A DNA stretch of 63,858 nt, the filler included, from Choristocarpus tenellus KU-1152 (lineage: Eukaryota; Protista; Phaeophyceae): assembly GCA_964200185.2 (NCBI GenBank). It is 15 parts of 15 records of this genome, joined end to end, with 100 filler letters (N's around TTAATTAATTAA, not from the genome) between each part and the next. Parts side by side here need not be neighbours in the genome. Positions count along the whole stretch, not along the records: positions 35,512 to 39,607 come from CAXNAD020016242.1; positions 39,708 to 42,642 come from CAXNAD020023536.1; positions 42,743 to 45,553 come from CAXNAD020024550.1; positions 45,654 to 48,153 come from CAXNAD020027308.1; 11 more parts are not named here. The stretch is one strand, 5' to 3'. The number at the start of each line of letters is the position of its first letter. Within the stretch, counting starts at the first letter, position 1. Shown here one piece after another: positions 36,724 through 48,253 of the stretch. The position numbers and the translations under genes were made by a program. The notes beneath the pieces were generated by a model. It was given only the letters and a program-made list of their open reading frames with translations, was not told the DNA's origin and ran no database searches.

Positions 36724-37397
36724 TGTGCAATATAGGCTGGTAGTCTATAGGTTTCTTTTGTCTTTGGTAACCAGTGGAATGTAACAAAAATGTTAGCTGG
36801 GTGGCTTAATTGTGTATCACATATCTTTGTATGCTCAGAGTAATAGGTTCGAATCTTGACGGGCTGGTTTCTCTTTGTTTAATGTAAGTGACTGATGTAG
36901 GATGACTGACGTAGTGTGTGAAATATAGGCTGTGGTGTCTATAGGTTTGTTATGTGTTTGGTAACCGGTAGCATGCAACAAAAATGTTGACTGTCTTAAT
37001 TATCAATCGCTTGTTCCGTATGCCCAGAGTAAAAGGTTTGAATCTGGACATGTTGGTTTCTTTTTGTTTAATATAAGTAGCTGACGCAGGACAACTGACG
37101 TAGCTACGACTGATGTAGTAGTACTACTGACGCAGAGCGACTGATATAGTAATGCAACTGACACAGACACATTCTGACGTGTCTGCTGACGTGCGCAATA
37201 GATAACGAGGAAGAGCACCCTCACCCCCCCACCTCGAGGGATGTTCTTTCTCACTCCGCAAATAATTCATTCATACCACGCAATAAATAACGAGGCCGAG
37301 CACCCCCCCACCTTGAGGAATGGTGCTCACTCTGCAAGTAATTCATTCAAACCACATTAAGCAAAAAAAGCTCCATTCGAACAGCTCTTTTTACACA
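36724..37397 (+). mobile_element. Compound Copia 5' LTR (duplicated U3 at 36724 and 36917; duplicated 3' segment)
   Basis: TGTG(C/A)AATATAGGCTG occurs twice. The LTR ends in TTTTTACACA directly before the PBS. Confidence 0.85.
36795..36865 (+). pseudogene. tRNA-derived cassette inside the LTR
   Basis: 71 nt, AGCTGGGTGGCTTAATTG...GGTTCGAATCTTGACGGGCT. It has an A-box, a B-box and complementary AGCY../..GGGCT ends, followed by a T-rich tract. Confidence 0.65.
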
Positions 37398-37407
37398 GGT
37401 TATGAGC
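37398..37407 (+). promoter_or_regulatory. Copia primer-binding site
   Basis: GGTTATGAGC immediately after the LTR, the GGTTATGRGCCC-type PBS used with half-tRNAiMet priming. Confidence 0.75.
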
Positions 37408-39410
37408 TTCACACGATCTCCCTTCGGGTGGACTGCATATCCCAGTTGCACGACCTGGAAGGGGGTGAGGAAAAGGACATGAACCACTTCGTGTCAACCT
37501 TCATACAGCAGAACAATGACGACGTATACTGACTGCCTTATGGGTCTCATGTGGGAGGTGGCAACAGGTGCAGATGAGCTGTCTACAACAAAGGAGGCCT
37601 TGAGCGGGCCGGATACAGAGCAGTGGCAGGAGGCCATGGAAAAGGAAATGGCAGGGCTATGGTAGAAGGGAACGTTTGGTGACAGGGCCCGGCCTAAAGG
37701 GAGGAAGGCGATCAAGACGTGATTTGTCTTCAAAATCAATCGCTCTGTTGACGGAACGGTGGAACGCTATAAGACACGACTAATGGCCTGCGGCTTCACC
37801 CAAAACGCAGATGTGGACTTACTTCTTCGAAACCTTCAGCCCGGTGGTGGGGTATGACACACTACGGTGCATCATATCCGTTGCAGCGTACAGAGGTTGG
37901 AGCATCGACGCCCTGGACTTCACACAGGCCTACCTCAATGCAGAACTGCAGGAGGACGTCTGGCTGGAGCTTCTGGACGGTCGTACCGTCAATGGGTTGA
38001 AGCTGTTGGTCATGGAGTGGTATCACGAGCTATGCGGCACCATCCTGGCAGAAGGTTGGACGAGCAGCCAACACAACGAGTGCCTCTACTTCAGGAAGAG
38101 TGAAGACGGATGCATGACCATCCTCACCACCCACGTGGACGACACTGCCACCATTGGGGACTTCACGGAGGAGATCCAGGGGATGAGGGCATCGCTGCTG
38201 GAGAAGTACGAGAGGTAGGGGGACCTTGGCACACTGGACATGTTGATTGGGGTGGGGCATCACTGTGTTGCGGACGGCATCACTCTGGACCAACAGCTAT
38301 ACGCTGAGGGCATCGTCATAGCCGGGATGGGTTCCATGGAAATGCGGGACACATCTACACCACTCGACCCTGGCATGGACCTCTCTGCCAGGCATGACAA
38401 CGAGGAGAAACTGAATCTCACCATCTAACTCTACGCCAGCATCCTCATCCTCTTAGTACATGATGACGGAGGTCATGGGAGAAAGGACCAGGAGCTCGGG
38501 GGCTATGGCGCTCCACAACAGTGCAGGGACACCAACAGGGAGACAGGTGTCCGGGAGCAGCATTGGTGCCAACAACCAATGTGCTTTTTGTCTTAAATTC
38601 AACTACAGGTGGAAGGAGTGCCACTCGTACTTGCTCGGCAAACCTCCTGCTAAGTGCCCCCATGGGATTGGGGCAACGCACAAGTTTCCATACCACCAGC
38701 CAGGGACCAGAACAACGATGGCGGAGGCAGCAGCAAGGCTGATTATCAGGGCTCATTGCAGGTGTTCTTGATCATGAACGTGTCTGTTGGGGAGGACGTG
38801 TACAACAAGATGGTCGAGGCGGCATTTCTGTCCTCATAAGTCTTGATCTGTCCAAAGACCATCAGCATCCTATGCGACTTGGGTGCATATGTGCACCTCA
38901 TCCCCCGACTGCAGGACCTCACTGCAGCAATAGCTATCACTCGCAACTGCATCTTTGGAAACAAAGGTACACTGGATGCACAAGCAACCGACGAGATGGT
39001 CCTGGAGGCAACTGATGAGACGGGCACGGCGACCACGATTGTGCTCCAGGATGTGCTCTTGGTACTGGGTCTGCCATGCAGACTTCTCAGCACAGGCAGC
39101 GTGCGGCGGAAGGAGATGAGTTTGTGGACTCAGGGATCAGGAAGAGCTACATCCAGGCCAACAAGGGGGCAGCCAAGATCCATCTGGAGTAGAAGGGAGC
39201 CTTCCTCATGCTGCGGAGCGAGTTTCACGTCAAAAAGGGAAGAAGGGCTGGGCAACGGTCAATGCTAGCTACACCAACAAGCAGCAACGCCTCTCCCTCT
39301 CCGACTGGCACAAGAACATCATGGGTCACCTCAACATATTTGCGATCAAGCACCTGGAGAAGCACGGCCTCCTGGACATCGCAGATGTCAAGATTATGCT
39401 TGACCATTTG
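37408..39410 (+). mobile_element. Rearranged Copia internal region (RT, then gag knuckle, protease, pre-integrase)
   Basis: EALSGPDTEQWQEAMEKEM, RYKTRLMACGFTQ, ETFSPVV, LDFTQAYLNAEL, THVDD. Then CAFCLKFNYRWKEC, CDLGAYVHLI, LQDVLLVLGLPCRLLS and DWHKNIMGH. Confidence 0.9.
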
Positions 39411-39707
39411 TGAGAATATGATTTGAAGTATTACTTTATGTACGCACGGAAGATAATGCTGGACATTCAGGATACTTAGGCGGGGTATTTGACCAGAAGT
39501 AATCGGTGGACTATTAGAGGCGGAGTGTTTCTGATGTGTACTAGAGAACTCTTGAGTCATTTGGTATTCTGAGTCATTCAATGTAAGGATTGGTGAGCCC
39601 CACCTAGNNNNNNNNNNNNNNNNNNNNNNNNNNNNNNNNNNNNNNNNNNNNTTAATTAATTAANNNNNNNNNNNNNNNNNNNNNNNNNNNNNNNNNNNNN
39701 NNNNNNN

Positions 39708-39760
39708 CAAAAATTGACCCCAAATGGACAGCCGCCACCCCCTCCCAGATACTTTGAGCC
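39708..39760 (+). mobile_element. MITE family B right end at contig start
   Basis: CCCCAAATGGACAGCCGCCACCCCCTCCCAGATACTTTGAGCC. Confidence 0.85.
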
Positions 39761-40425
39761 AACAAGACAAAAAATATAGTGTCTTCTTCCATGAAAGGCA
39801 TTCGTTGTATTGTACTACTTTTGTTCTGTTAATTTTCACACTATTAGCCTGAAGGTCCCAGACCCCTGGTCGAAAAGGTAGTCGAAAGAACGTAATGTAC
39901 ACTGAAGCGGAAGAACAATGAAAACGCGAAGGAACTAAAGAACCCACAAGTGAACAATGAAAAAGGTCAAGTCGTATTAGGATCATCGAGAAGGCGTGAT
40001 GTCACTCATCTCACGTGACACAAAGGAAACAGAAGGGGAAGAGAAGCAAAGAAGAACAACAGAAGAAAGGAAGCAATCAACTCCGAAAGAGATAACACAA
40101 ATACAATTTAGCAGCATTCAACAGACAGAGATGATGGTGGTGGTGGTGCTGATTTCTTGTGTAACTTCAGGTACTGCTTTAACTTTAGCGCGACATACAC
40201 ATCAGCTATTACAGTATCCCTGGAATTCCACACGGTTGGCATCATCAGACGCATGTGCATTCCACTCATTATCGCGATTTGCTTCCTCAATCCTCCACTC
40301 CTCAGTTGTCACACCAAACTTGTAGAGATCATCGTGCATGCGCATCTATCAGTATTTCTACTGTCCACCTGGCTCCCATTTTCCACCCCGTAAGTACCCA
40401 AACTTTGTCTTCCAAAAAAGTATCT

Positions 40426-40678
40426 GAGTGAAAGTATCTTAGAGGGTACGAGTTTTTTGCTGTGTTTGTCCGTTTGGGGCTTGGCTTCCCACAGCTTTTT
40501 AAATGACATTTTGCCTACTCCAAAACACCTACTCCAAAATGTTTCGGAGTAGGTAAAATGTATGTCTATAAAAGGTGGGTTCAGACCAAGGATATTGACA
40601 CTTCCTAACAAACACGATAGTCAAAATTACATCATCAAAATAGCAACATTGGATTTTGGTCCCCAAACGGACGAGCTA
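40426..40678 (+). mobile_element. MITE family A lacking the right TIR
   Basis: GAGTGAAAGTATCTTAGAGGGTACGAG...CCCCAAACGGACG. Confidence 0.88.
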
Positions 40679-41020
40679 CGTGCATTGCCTGTTAGGGACT
40701 GCTTTTTCAATCATGGGTCTCTGGTCTGTGGTATATGGCTTTAGGTCCCTTGAACTAAGGTAATGACAACCATACTAAATAATACCTTACTAATTTCTAT
40801 GGGTATAAAATATGGACAATGATGGGATGTACTTTTTTCAAGAAAAAAAAAACTTGGAAAGACCGTGTAACTGTAACTACATCTTTCTATTAACTCTTCA
40901 AGCGTCACTGAAATGAATCGTGCTCCCCTACCAACTTCTGGAGCGCCTTGAGGTATACATCTAAGGAAAAATGGTGTCACCTCCGGTTGGTCCGAGCTGG
41001 ATTGGAACCTACTCACTTAG

Positions 41021-42510
41021 TCACAATGATGCCGCACTTGAGATCGAGCGATTACAGGCGAAGACATTCCTGGTACCCCCAACGTTTCGTAAGTGATAGG
41101 TAGGTGAAGTATCATCTTTTTCTGTTGTAATTTGAACCTGTCCTGCCCCTCGTCCTTGCCCTGTGTGACCTTTGCACTTCGATCCTATAATGCTTTCCTT
41201 GAAAAATGTAGTAAGGGGTAAGAGGAAGCCTCGATACAAGAACTGGTTGGACAACAACAAGAACCATTCTTGGTTAAACAAGCACACAGCTGATGGAACA
41301 GGCCTTGTTCTGCACCATGCTGGGTCTTCGAATATCACCACAGACCACGTCCTGCAGAAGATGCAAGTAGGTGCAACAACTTTGTACAGGGTACATACCC
41401 TACATAGCGCTGCAACCGTTGCAAGAGAGTGGGGACTTTTCCTTCCTCAACAGGCAGAGGTATTCTCGTCACTATGACTCGATGACAGGATGTTCAGCAC
41501 CCTTACACCATCCCCACTGGTTATCCCCATGGCATGGATTAGGAAGAGGTCGAAGCTCTCGAAACCGCATTGAGAGATAAGAAAGACTATCAACAGGCAC
41601 AGCAAACTTTGGCGAGACTGGAATCATTGGAAAATATGGCCTGGGAAGCTGCCAAGAAGGAAGCCTACGTAACGAAAGCACAAGAAATCAAAGATTTGCA
41701 GGTGAGTGTTGTGCTGCTGAACAGCAATAGCGGAGTGCAGAACAAGCCGCGAGATATTATTGCTTTTGGAAAATCACATCATCTGTGAACGCAAACATTG
41801 GAACGTGATGTTGGTAGTAAGGCATTCCATACAAGCAGGGTACTTCTACAGATTCAGGAGATCTGTCAAATCCTGCCGTATCATTCCTTTTCACACATGC
41901 TCCTTTTTCGCTCAAAATTTCGCAATTTCCAGAATCAACGGAATATCTTGTACTGGATTTGATCATTTTCGCAGTTTTTATTTAGACAAGCACCTCCGAA
42001 TGTCATTTGTAAAGTGCCTCAATATGTATGTTTGTATATATTTGTATGTGTATGTCCATAACGTCCAGGAGCATCTTGTTGTGCGATCTTCCCATTGGAA
42101 AAAACGCTCAGAAATATGTGGGAAATTGCTCAGTCCTTTTGACTGGTCCGTTGCTGTATTTCCTAATGCACGGGCAGCAATTGCAGGAAGAGGAACGAAA
42201 GGGTATCGAGGATGCACATGCCACTAAGAAGGAGATGCTCATAAAGAGTTGCCAAAAGCAAGCAGAGCAACTTCAGGAAGTGCAACGAGGAGAGATAGTC
42301 AAAGTTCAAGAAGGAGTTAAGTTGAAAGCACAATTGGTTTCGAATGGGAGTGCAGGCCAGATAGTTTCGTCAAAGGAGGTAAAAGAGCTAAAAACAGAGC
42401 TGGCAAGGCACCTCATCGGCAACAACGAGATCGATAGAAGGTGCAATGACGTCACCCATGTATTGGGCCTCATGAAAACCCTCAGGGAGAAGGTGTTGCA
42501 GGAGGAGGAA
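41021..42510 (+). CDS. Multi-exon coiled-coil protein of unknown function (exons ~41021-41088, ~41211-41367, 41543-41701, ~42180-42510)
   Basis: Open E/Q/K-rich segments bounded by AG and GTRAGT/GTAGGT sites. No family recognised. Confidence 0.55.
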
Positions 42511-42742
42511 GTGAGTGGTGCCCATCAGTCTTCAATTTTTTTGTTGCATATCCTTGAGGAGAGGGTATTTACTGCTCTGTCTACCTTCCAACAGATACAA
42601 AAAAAAAAAATCATATTTTTTCACCAGTCTTTTGGTTGAATANNNNNNNNNNNNNNNNNNNNNNNNNNNNNNNNNNNNNNNNNNNNTTAATTAATTAANN
42701 NNNNNNNNNNNNNNNNNNNNNNNNNNNNNNNNNNNNNNNNNN

Positions 42743-42809
42743 CAAAATCACAACATTGGATTTTGGCCCCCAAATGGACATGGACCTACCCTCTAAGATA
42801 CTTTGACTC
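42743..42809 (+). mobile_element. MITE family A right end
   Basis: GGATTTTGGCCCCCAAATGGAC..TACCCTCTAAGATACTTTGACTC. Confidence 0.85.
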
Positions 42810-43570
42810 TGAAGGAGAGATAGGGCGCATGTTCCAGGGAGAGGAAAAGGTGGGCTCGACGAAGGTGCAGCACAAGAGTCACATTCCCAAAGTGATGTTC
42901 ATCTCTGCCGTTTTACGCCCGGATCGTTTCCATGATAGTGACGGCAAGATTGGGATCTGGCGGGTTGGTGTCATGAACGAGGCGCAACGGACTACAGCAC
43001 GGCACACAAAGGGCGAGGAGTACGAGGTCCACATCACTATCGAGGCCAAATGGTACCTGTATTGGTACATGGAGCAGCTGTTGCTAGTGACCAAGGAAAA
43101 ATGCCTTGGTTAGAATTGAGGGGAGGGTCCATACAGCAGGACGTCGTGACCCCGCAAACAGTCAAGGGCATAGTGCAGAAGTTGAGCACAGCAGGGATGG
43201 AGGAGGGATGGAATATTAAGCTTGTGACGCAGTGAGTGCAGTCACCAGATCTCAACATTAATGATTTGGGGGGGGGGTTGCATATCTGAAGAAAAGGGTT
43301 TGGGCGGAGCATTACGGCACTGTTGATGCACTTGTAGAGGAGGTTTCAAGCATGTTCCACATGTACGACGCAGACATGCTCGAGAGGGTGTATTAGAGTC
43401 TATTAAGAGTTACAACCAGGTTTTAAGGGCGCTGGGGGGGAATGATTTCGAGGTAGAGCACACCAGGACCAAGAAAAGGCGGCAGGAGGGCGGGTTTGCT
43501 AGTTCAGTCAAAGTAGACAGAGCGCCCTCCGCGACGGCCCTGGATTGGTGGGTTGACGGTGTCAAATGAG
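42810..43570 (+). pseudogene. Mariner-like transposase, second subfamily
   Basis: KVQHKSHIPKVMFISAVLRPD..DGKIGIW..QQDVVTP..GWNIKLVTQ*VQSPDLNINDLG..GGNDFEVEHT. Confidence 0.9.
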
Positions 43571-43658
43571 GGTGAGATATAGTTTTTAAATGTAAAATAT
43601 TCCAAGGAATCCAACGCAAAGGTCTGTAATGTATTCGGAGGTCATCCCGAAGCTACAA

Positions 43659-43912
43659 GAGTGAAAGTATCTTAGAGGGTACGAATTTTGCTCTGTCAAT
43701 TTGGGGCTTGGTTTTCCACGGATATTTTATGACATTTTCCTACTCCGAAATGTTTTGAAGTAAGTGAAATATGTATGTTATGAAAAGGTGTGTTCGGAAC
43801 AAGGATATCGACACTTCCTGACGAACACAAGAGCCAAATTTGCATCGAAATCGCAATATTGGATTTTGGCCCCCAAACGGACGCAGCTCTACCCTCTAAG
43901 ATACTTTGGATC
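43659..43912 (+). mobile_element. MITE family A
   Basis: GAGTGAAAGTATCTTAGAGGGTAC...TACCCTCTAAGATACTTTGGATC. Confidence 0.9.
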
Positions 43913-44958
43913 CAATTTAACGCCCCAGACTAATGGGACAGAGGGAGTACATTACAACCTTCTACAGAGTGTTGGGGATCATTGTTACGATTACACTCCC
44001 ATTAGAGAATGACCCTGCATTCATGGTCTGGAGCACTGGTGTCTCAGAAGCCATTGATGCAACCATACACAACGTTTTCATGCATGGTTGCATAGTCTGA
44101 GACCATTCACAAATGAGAATAATTTCAAGGTGACCTGGCAAACTAGTAAGCAAAAGAAGACTGCAAGTCACAAATTTGCGGACTAAAGATGCCGTTTACA
44201 GCTACCAAAGTTGTTCAGGCTCACTAAGTGCTACTGAGTCAAAGTAAGCGAGAGGTAGTCAGGGTTGCATTCTAAGGATGCTGCAAAAATGCGCAAATTT
44301 CAGCTTTTTGTACAAATTCGAGTAGGTCATTTTCTGAATTCCGTCAAAACTATTAAAGAATAGAGAGATCAACGATTTCAAATTAAACTTAGTATTTCAT
44401 TATAAGAAATTTGGGTTAGGGTTAGGGTGAATCGCACAAGAAAAACAAAGGTATAAAATGCAAAAGGGCCAAGAACTGAATACCTCCCGTGTACTTTGAT
44501 TCTACAAAAATTATGACATGTAATCTGTGTCACAGCAAGGTGCCTATTTGATGAGTGCTGCCCAGAAGAAGATGACGGATGTGGTGATGATAAGGAATGG
44601 TACGATTTACATTTCATCTAGTTCAAAGGCCCCAGCAAGCACTGAAATCAGCGTTGAAAGCTGCTCGTCAACTACCCAACCAAATTCTGAAGCCTTAACA
44701 ACGACCTGGAAATGAAGAGAAGTGACAGAAGGCATGATGCAGCCTGAAGTCATCATGTGTGAGAGTCATCTTCCAAAGAAGGTATACCTTGAAGGTGACA
44801 TCTGCTTGAAGTAGTGGTGGTTTGAGGGGACCTTGCAAACCCCCCCCAGTCACTTTCCACTTGTTCACTCTTTCCTGAGTGATGTTCTGAGGGACTGCTC
44901 TCCCTCTTGCCTTGTCTCTCTCCATTTTCTTGCCTCCTGGGGGTTTTCCCGCCCCCCT

Positions 44959-45267
44959 TCAGTCTGAAGAACCTGTCGGCTTGTTTCCATCTCCTTCACA
45001 GTGATAACAATAGCAGGATTCAATCCTGCGCACAGTGTCTGCAATTGATTTTGGGTCCTACACAAAACCTCTATATACATGTCTTTTTTTGTGGCATGCA
45101 CCAAGTAATTCAAAGGCAATTGCCGGGGCCCCTATGATGCAAAATGAGGTCCTGTGACTCTTCCATACCCTGGTTGGGTGATAACAGCCTCCATGCTTAA
45201 TATCGCAGGCAGAAGGTGATGCCAGGATGAGCAATCGTCCCCAATTCTTAGGACCTTCAATCTTGAT
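44959..45267 (-). pseudogene. Possible DNA-transposase C-terminal remnant (R..SCxCxxC motif)
   Basis: LLGACHKKRHVYRGFV*DPKSIADTVRRIESCYCYHC. The family assignment is uncertain. Confidence 0.3.
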
Positions 45268-45533
45268 TATTCTCTAGTCTTTGTTAATAAAAATTTGGAC
45301 TGAGCCACATCAAGAAAGAGGTTTAGGGTTAGGGCTAAGCCTAAGAGTTTGGAAAAAAATAACAAAAAACCCCTACCATGCACATCCTAAGCACTAGATC
45401 TACAAACGAATTACAGCATTTAGCTGAACGCATGACAAATAAAATTTACCAGACAGCGCCACATCCTCAATTTGCTGGGGTGATACGTTATTCTCAGTAA
45501 CCACATCTTAGTCAAAAAATTTACATTCTGTAT

Positions 45534-45553
45534 GGGTCAAAGTATCTGGGGGG
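45534..45553. mobile_element. MITE family B end at contig break
   Basis: GGGTCAAAGTATCTGGGGGG followed by the gap. Confidence 0.7.
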
Positions 45554-45662
45554 NNNNNNNNNNNNNNNNNNNNNNNNNNNNNNNNNNNNNNNNNNNNTTA
45601 ATTAATTAANNNNNNNNNNNNNNNNNNNNNNNNNNNNNNNNNNNNNNNNNNNNACATGGAAC

Positions 45663-45921
45663 AAGTCAACGTATCTTAGATGGTAAAGCCGCGTCCGTTT
45701 GGGGGCCAAAATCCAATGTTGCGATTTTGATGTAATTTTGGCTATCGTGTTTGTTAGGAAGAGTCAATATCCTTGTTCCGGACACACCTTTGCATAACGT
45801 AACATTTTACCTACTCCGAAACATTACGGAAGTAGGTAAAATGTCATTAAAAAAACGTGGGAAGCCAAGCCCCAAACGGACAAACAGGGCAAAACTCGTA
45901 CCCTCTAAGATACTTTCACTT
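45663..45921 (-). mobile_element. MITE family A
   Basis: AAGTCAACGTATCTTAG...CTCTAAGATACTTTCACTT. Flanks are GAAC/AAAC. Confidence 0.9.
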
Positions 45922-46210
45922 AAACCACCTACACTACCACCCTACTTTAAGCTGATAATGACTATTCTCGGGTGCTAGTGCAAACTACTTGGCGAGAGAA
46001 GAAATGGTATGACGCAGAGAGAGTCTCTCAAGGTGTAAATTCTTTCACACTAGTGCTGGTGTTTGTCTTCTGTTATGATCCTGTGAATGCACTTCTTTAC
46101 TACGTACACAGGAGGAATTTCGCTCAAGCCTGGGTGTTAATGGGGTCGACTCTGGCAGCATTAGATCACTTGGAGGCTGGTAGAAATCCTGGGGTTGACT
46201 CTGCTGCGAT

Positions 46211-46455
46211 GAGTGAAAGTATCTTAAGAGGGTACGAGTTATACCCTGTTTGTTCATTTGGGGCTAGACTTCCTACAGGTTCTTTTTGACATTTTCCTAC
46301 CCCGAAATGTTGAGTACGTATAATGTATACGTTATGAAAAGGTGTGTTCGGAACAAGGATATTAACACTTCCTAAACAAAATTTCATCAAAATCGCAACA
46401 TTGAATTTTGACCACCAAACGGACGCGACTCTAAACCTCTAAGATAATTTGACTC
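46211..46455 (+). mobile_element. MITE family A
   Basis: GAGTGAAAGTATCTTAAG...CTCTAAGATAATTTGACTC. Flanks are CGAT/TGAT. Confidence 0.9.
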
Positions 46456-47351
46456 TGATACGACACGGTATTGAAAGAGAAAGCAGTGTCGAGGTTGTAG
46501 GACTTAGCTTTAATCAACCACTCACTCTACAGACATTAAGCAATCTCGCTGGGTTTATCACCTTTGTTCTCTTGGATGATTTGGGCGATACTTTAACACA
46601 ATATATTGAACCTTAGGTTTCTAACCCATCATTTCATCATGTCTACACACATGGAGATGAGATTCTACCTGTTCTTGCTGAGGGCCCATCTGTTCAAGAA
46701 TTCCGACAGCTTATGGCGACGGTAGCGGAGTTGTCAAGAGACGTTGGCAATCTCATGTTGCAGTCTGATAGAGTCCGCGACCGAAATCATCCCGTCGTCC
46801 AGTCAGCTGTGCCCAGCACACGGCCTCCAGCTGGGCACGTACCAGTCGAAGAGGGTCCTATGGAACCCATGTTGAGAGAAAATTTCCCAGAGAGGGGAAA
46901 CAGTTTGGATGCCGTGAGCGTCATAAGTGGGGCGAGCCGGAGGTCCGGTTCTTCGGAGAGTTTGGGGTCAGGTGCACATATTGTTCACCCTAAGACTAAG
47001 AGACCAAGGACCCAGCCACCAAAACTATTGGAAGACTCGGACTACTGGGACTGGCGGAGGCGTTTCATCGTGCATTATTAGACCAGTCAACCAAAAACGC
47101 TCCTACGAGGAAGTTCTCTCAGACGGCTTCAGTGCGAATGATATCTGGATGGGCGAAGAGGCTTACTATGCACTTACTGCTGCTCTTGTCGCACCCACCA
47201 CCAGGGCTCTGTGCTATACGCACCAAAGCCCGAGCGAGCTTTTCCGAGCAATAGATGATTAATTCTTGCCTAATAATACAGTGGGTATAATAGCCAACAT
47301 TTGTTCCGTGAGTTTTTCTCTTTGAAGGTGGAGAAGGGGGCGAATCCGATC
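46456..47351 (+). mobile_element. Probable LTR 3' part plus Copia-like gag remnant
   Basis: 46541-46605 is also found at 9938-10002. It is followed by a frameshifted ORF with PPKL..SDYWDWRRRF..SPSELFRAID..FSLKVEKGANPIE. Confidence 0.55.
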
Positions 47352-47609
47352 GAGTAAAAGTATCTTAGAGGGCAGGGCCGCGTCCATTTGGGGGCCAAAA
47401 TCTAATGTTGCGATTTGATATAATTTTGACTACCGTGTTTGTTAGGAAGTATCAATATCTATGTTTTGGACACACCTTTTCATAACGTATACATTTTGCC
47501 TACTTCTACACATTTTGGAGTAGGAAAATGTCATAAAAAAAAACATGGGAAGCCAAGCCCCAAATGGACAAATAGGGCAAAACTCGTACCCTCTGAGATA
47601 CTTTTACTC
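47352..47609 (-). mobile_element. MITE family A
   Basis: GAGTAAAAGTATCTTAGAGGG...CCCTCTGAGATACTTTTACTC. Confidence 0.9.
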
Positions 47610-47938
47610 AGATAGACGAGAGTAAGTGGATCAATATGCACATACGCGTATACATATGTGTGAACTGAGTGGTGAGACATTGCCCCACCCTTGCTCTTCT
47701 ACCTCAGTCTGATGTAGATCAAAGATCGGATTCTGGTGGACACACTCCTAATCTAATATATCATCAAAGGAAACAATATGCTCATGTGACACATCATCTT
47801 GTCGCAGGGATGCTCTAATCCAAGGAAAAGAAGTACCCAGACTTGGCTGTTGTGTATGTTAAGCCACTTTTTTTATCTTTTGCAATTCACCCTTATTTGT
47901 ATGGATGAAGTGCTATGATTGACTTGAGAACAATGATA

Positions 47939-48110
47939 GGCTCAAAGTATCTGGGCGGGGGGGGCAGCTGTCCATTTGGGGTTAATTTTTCATGTCACGA
48001 TTTTTGGGTGATTTGGTTGCATGTGTTGGATGGATAATGTAAATGCACCTTTCCTGGTTTTTGACCCAAAATGGACACCCTGATGTAGACCACCCCCCCC
48101 CCCCCCCCCC
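47939..48110 (-). mobile_element. MITE family B near contig end
   Basis: GGCTCAAAGTATCTGGG..GTCCATTTGGGG..AAATGGACACCCTG, then poly-C. Confidence 0.85.
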
Positions 48111-48253
48111 ACCACCACGTTCGTATTTTTCTAATTATATAAAAATTATATAGNNNNNNNNNNNNNNNNNNNNNNNNNNNNNNNNNNNNNNNNNNNNTTA
48201 ATTAATTAANNNNNNNNNNNNNNNNNNNNNNNNNNNNNNNNNNNNNNNNNNNN

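Noticed and set aside
36795-36865. Functional tRNA gene
   Set aside because: Stems are disrupted and the copies diverge freely, so it is recorded as an LTR-embedded tRNA-derived sequence instead.
39410-39600. Possible further LTR with TGGTGAGCCC PBS
   Set aside because: Single copy cut by a gap, so the boundaries cannot be supported.
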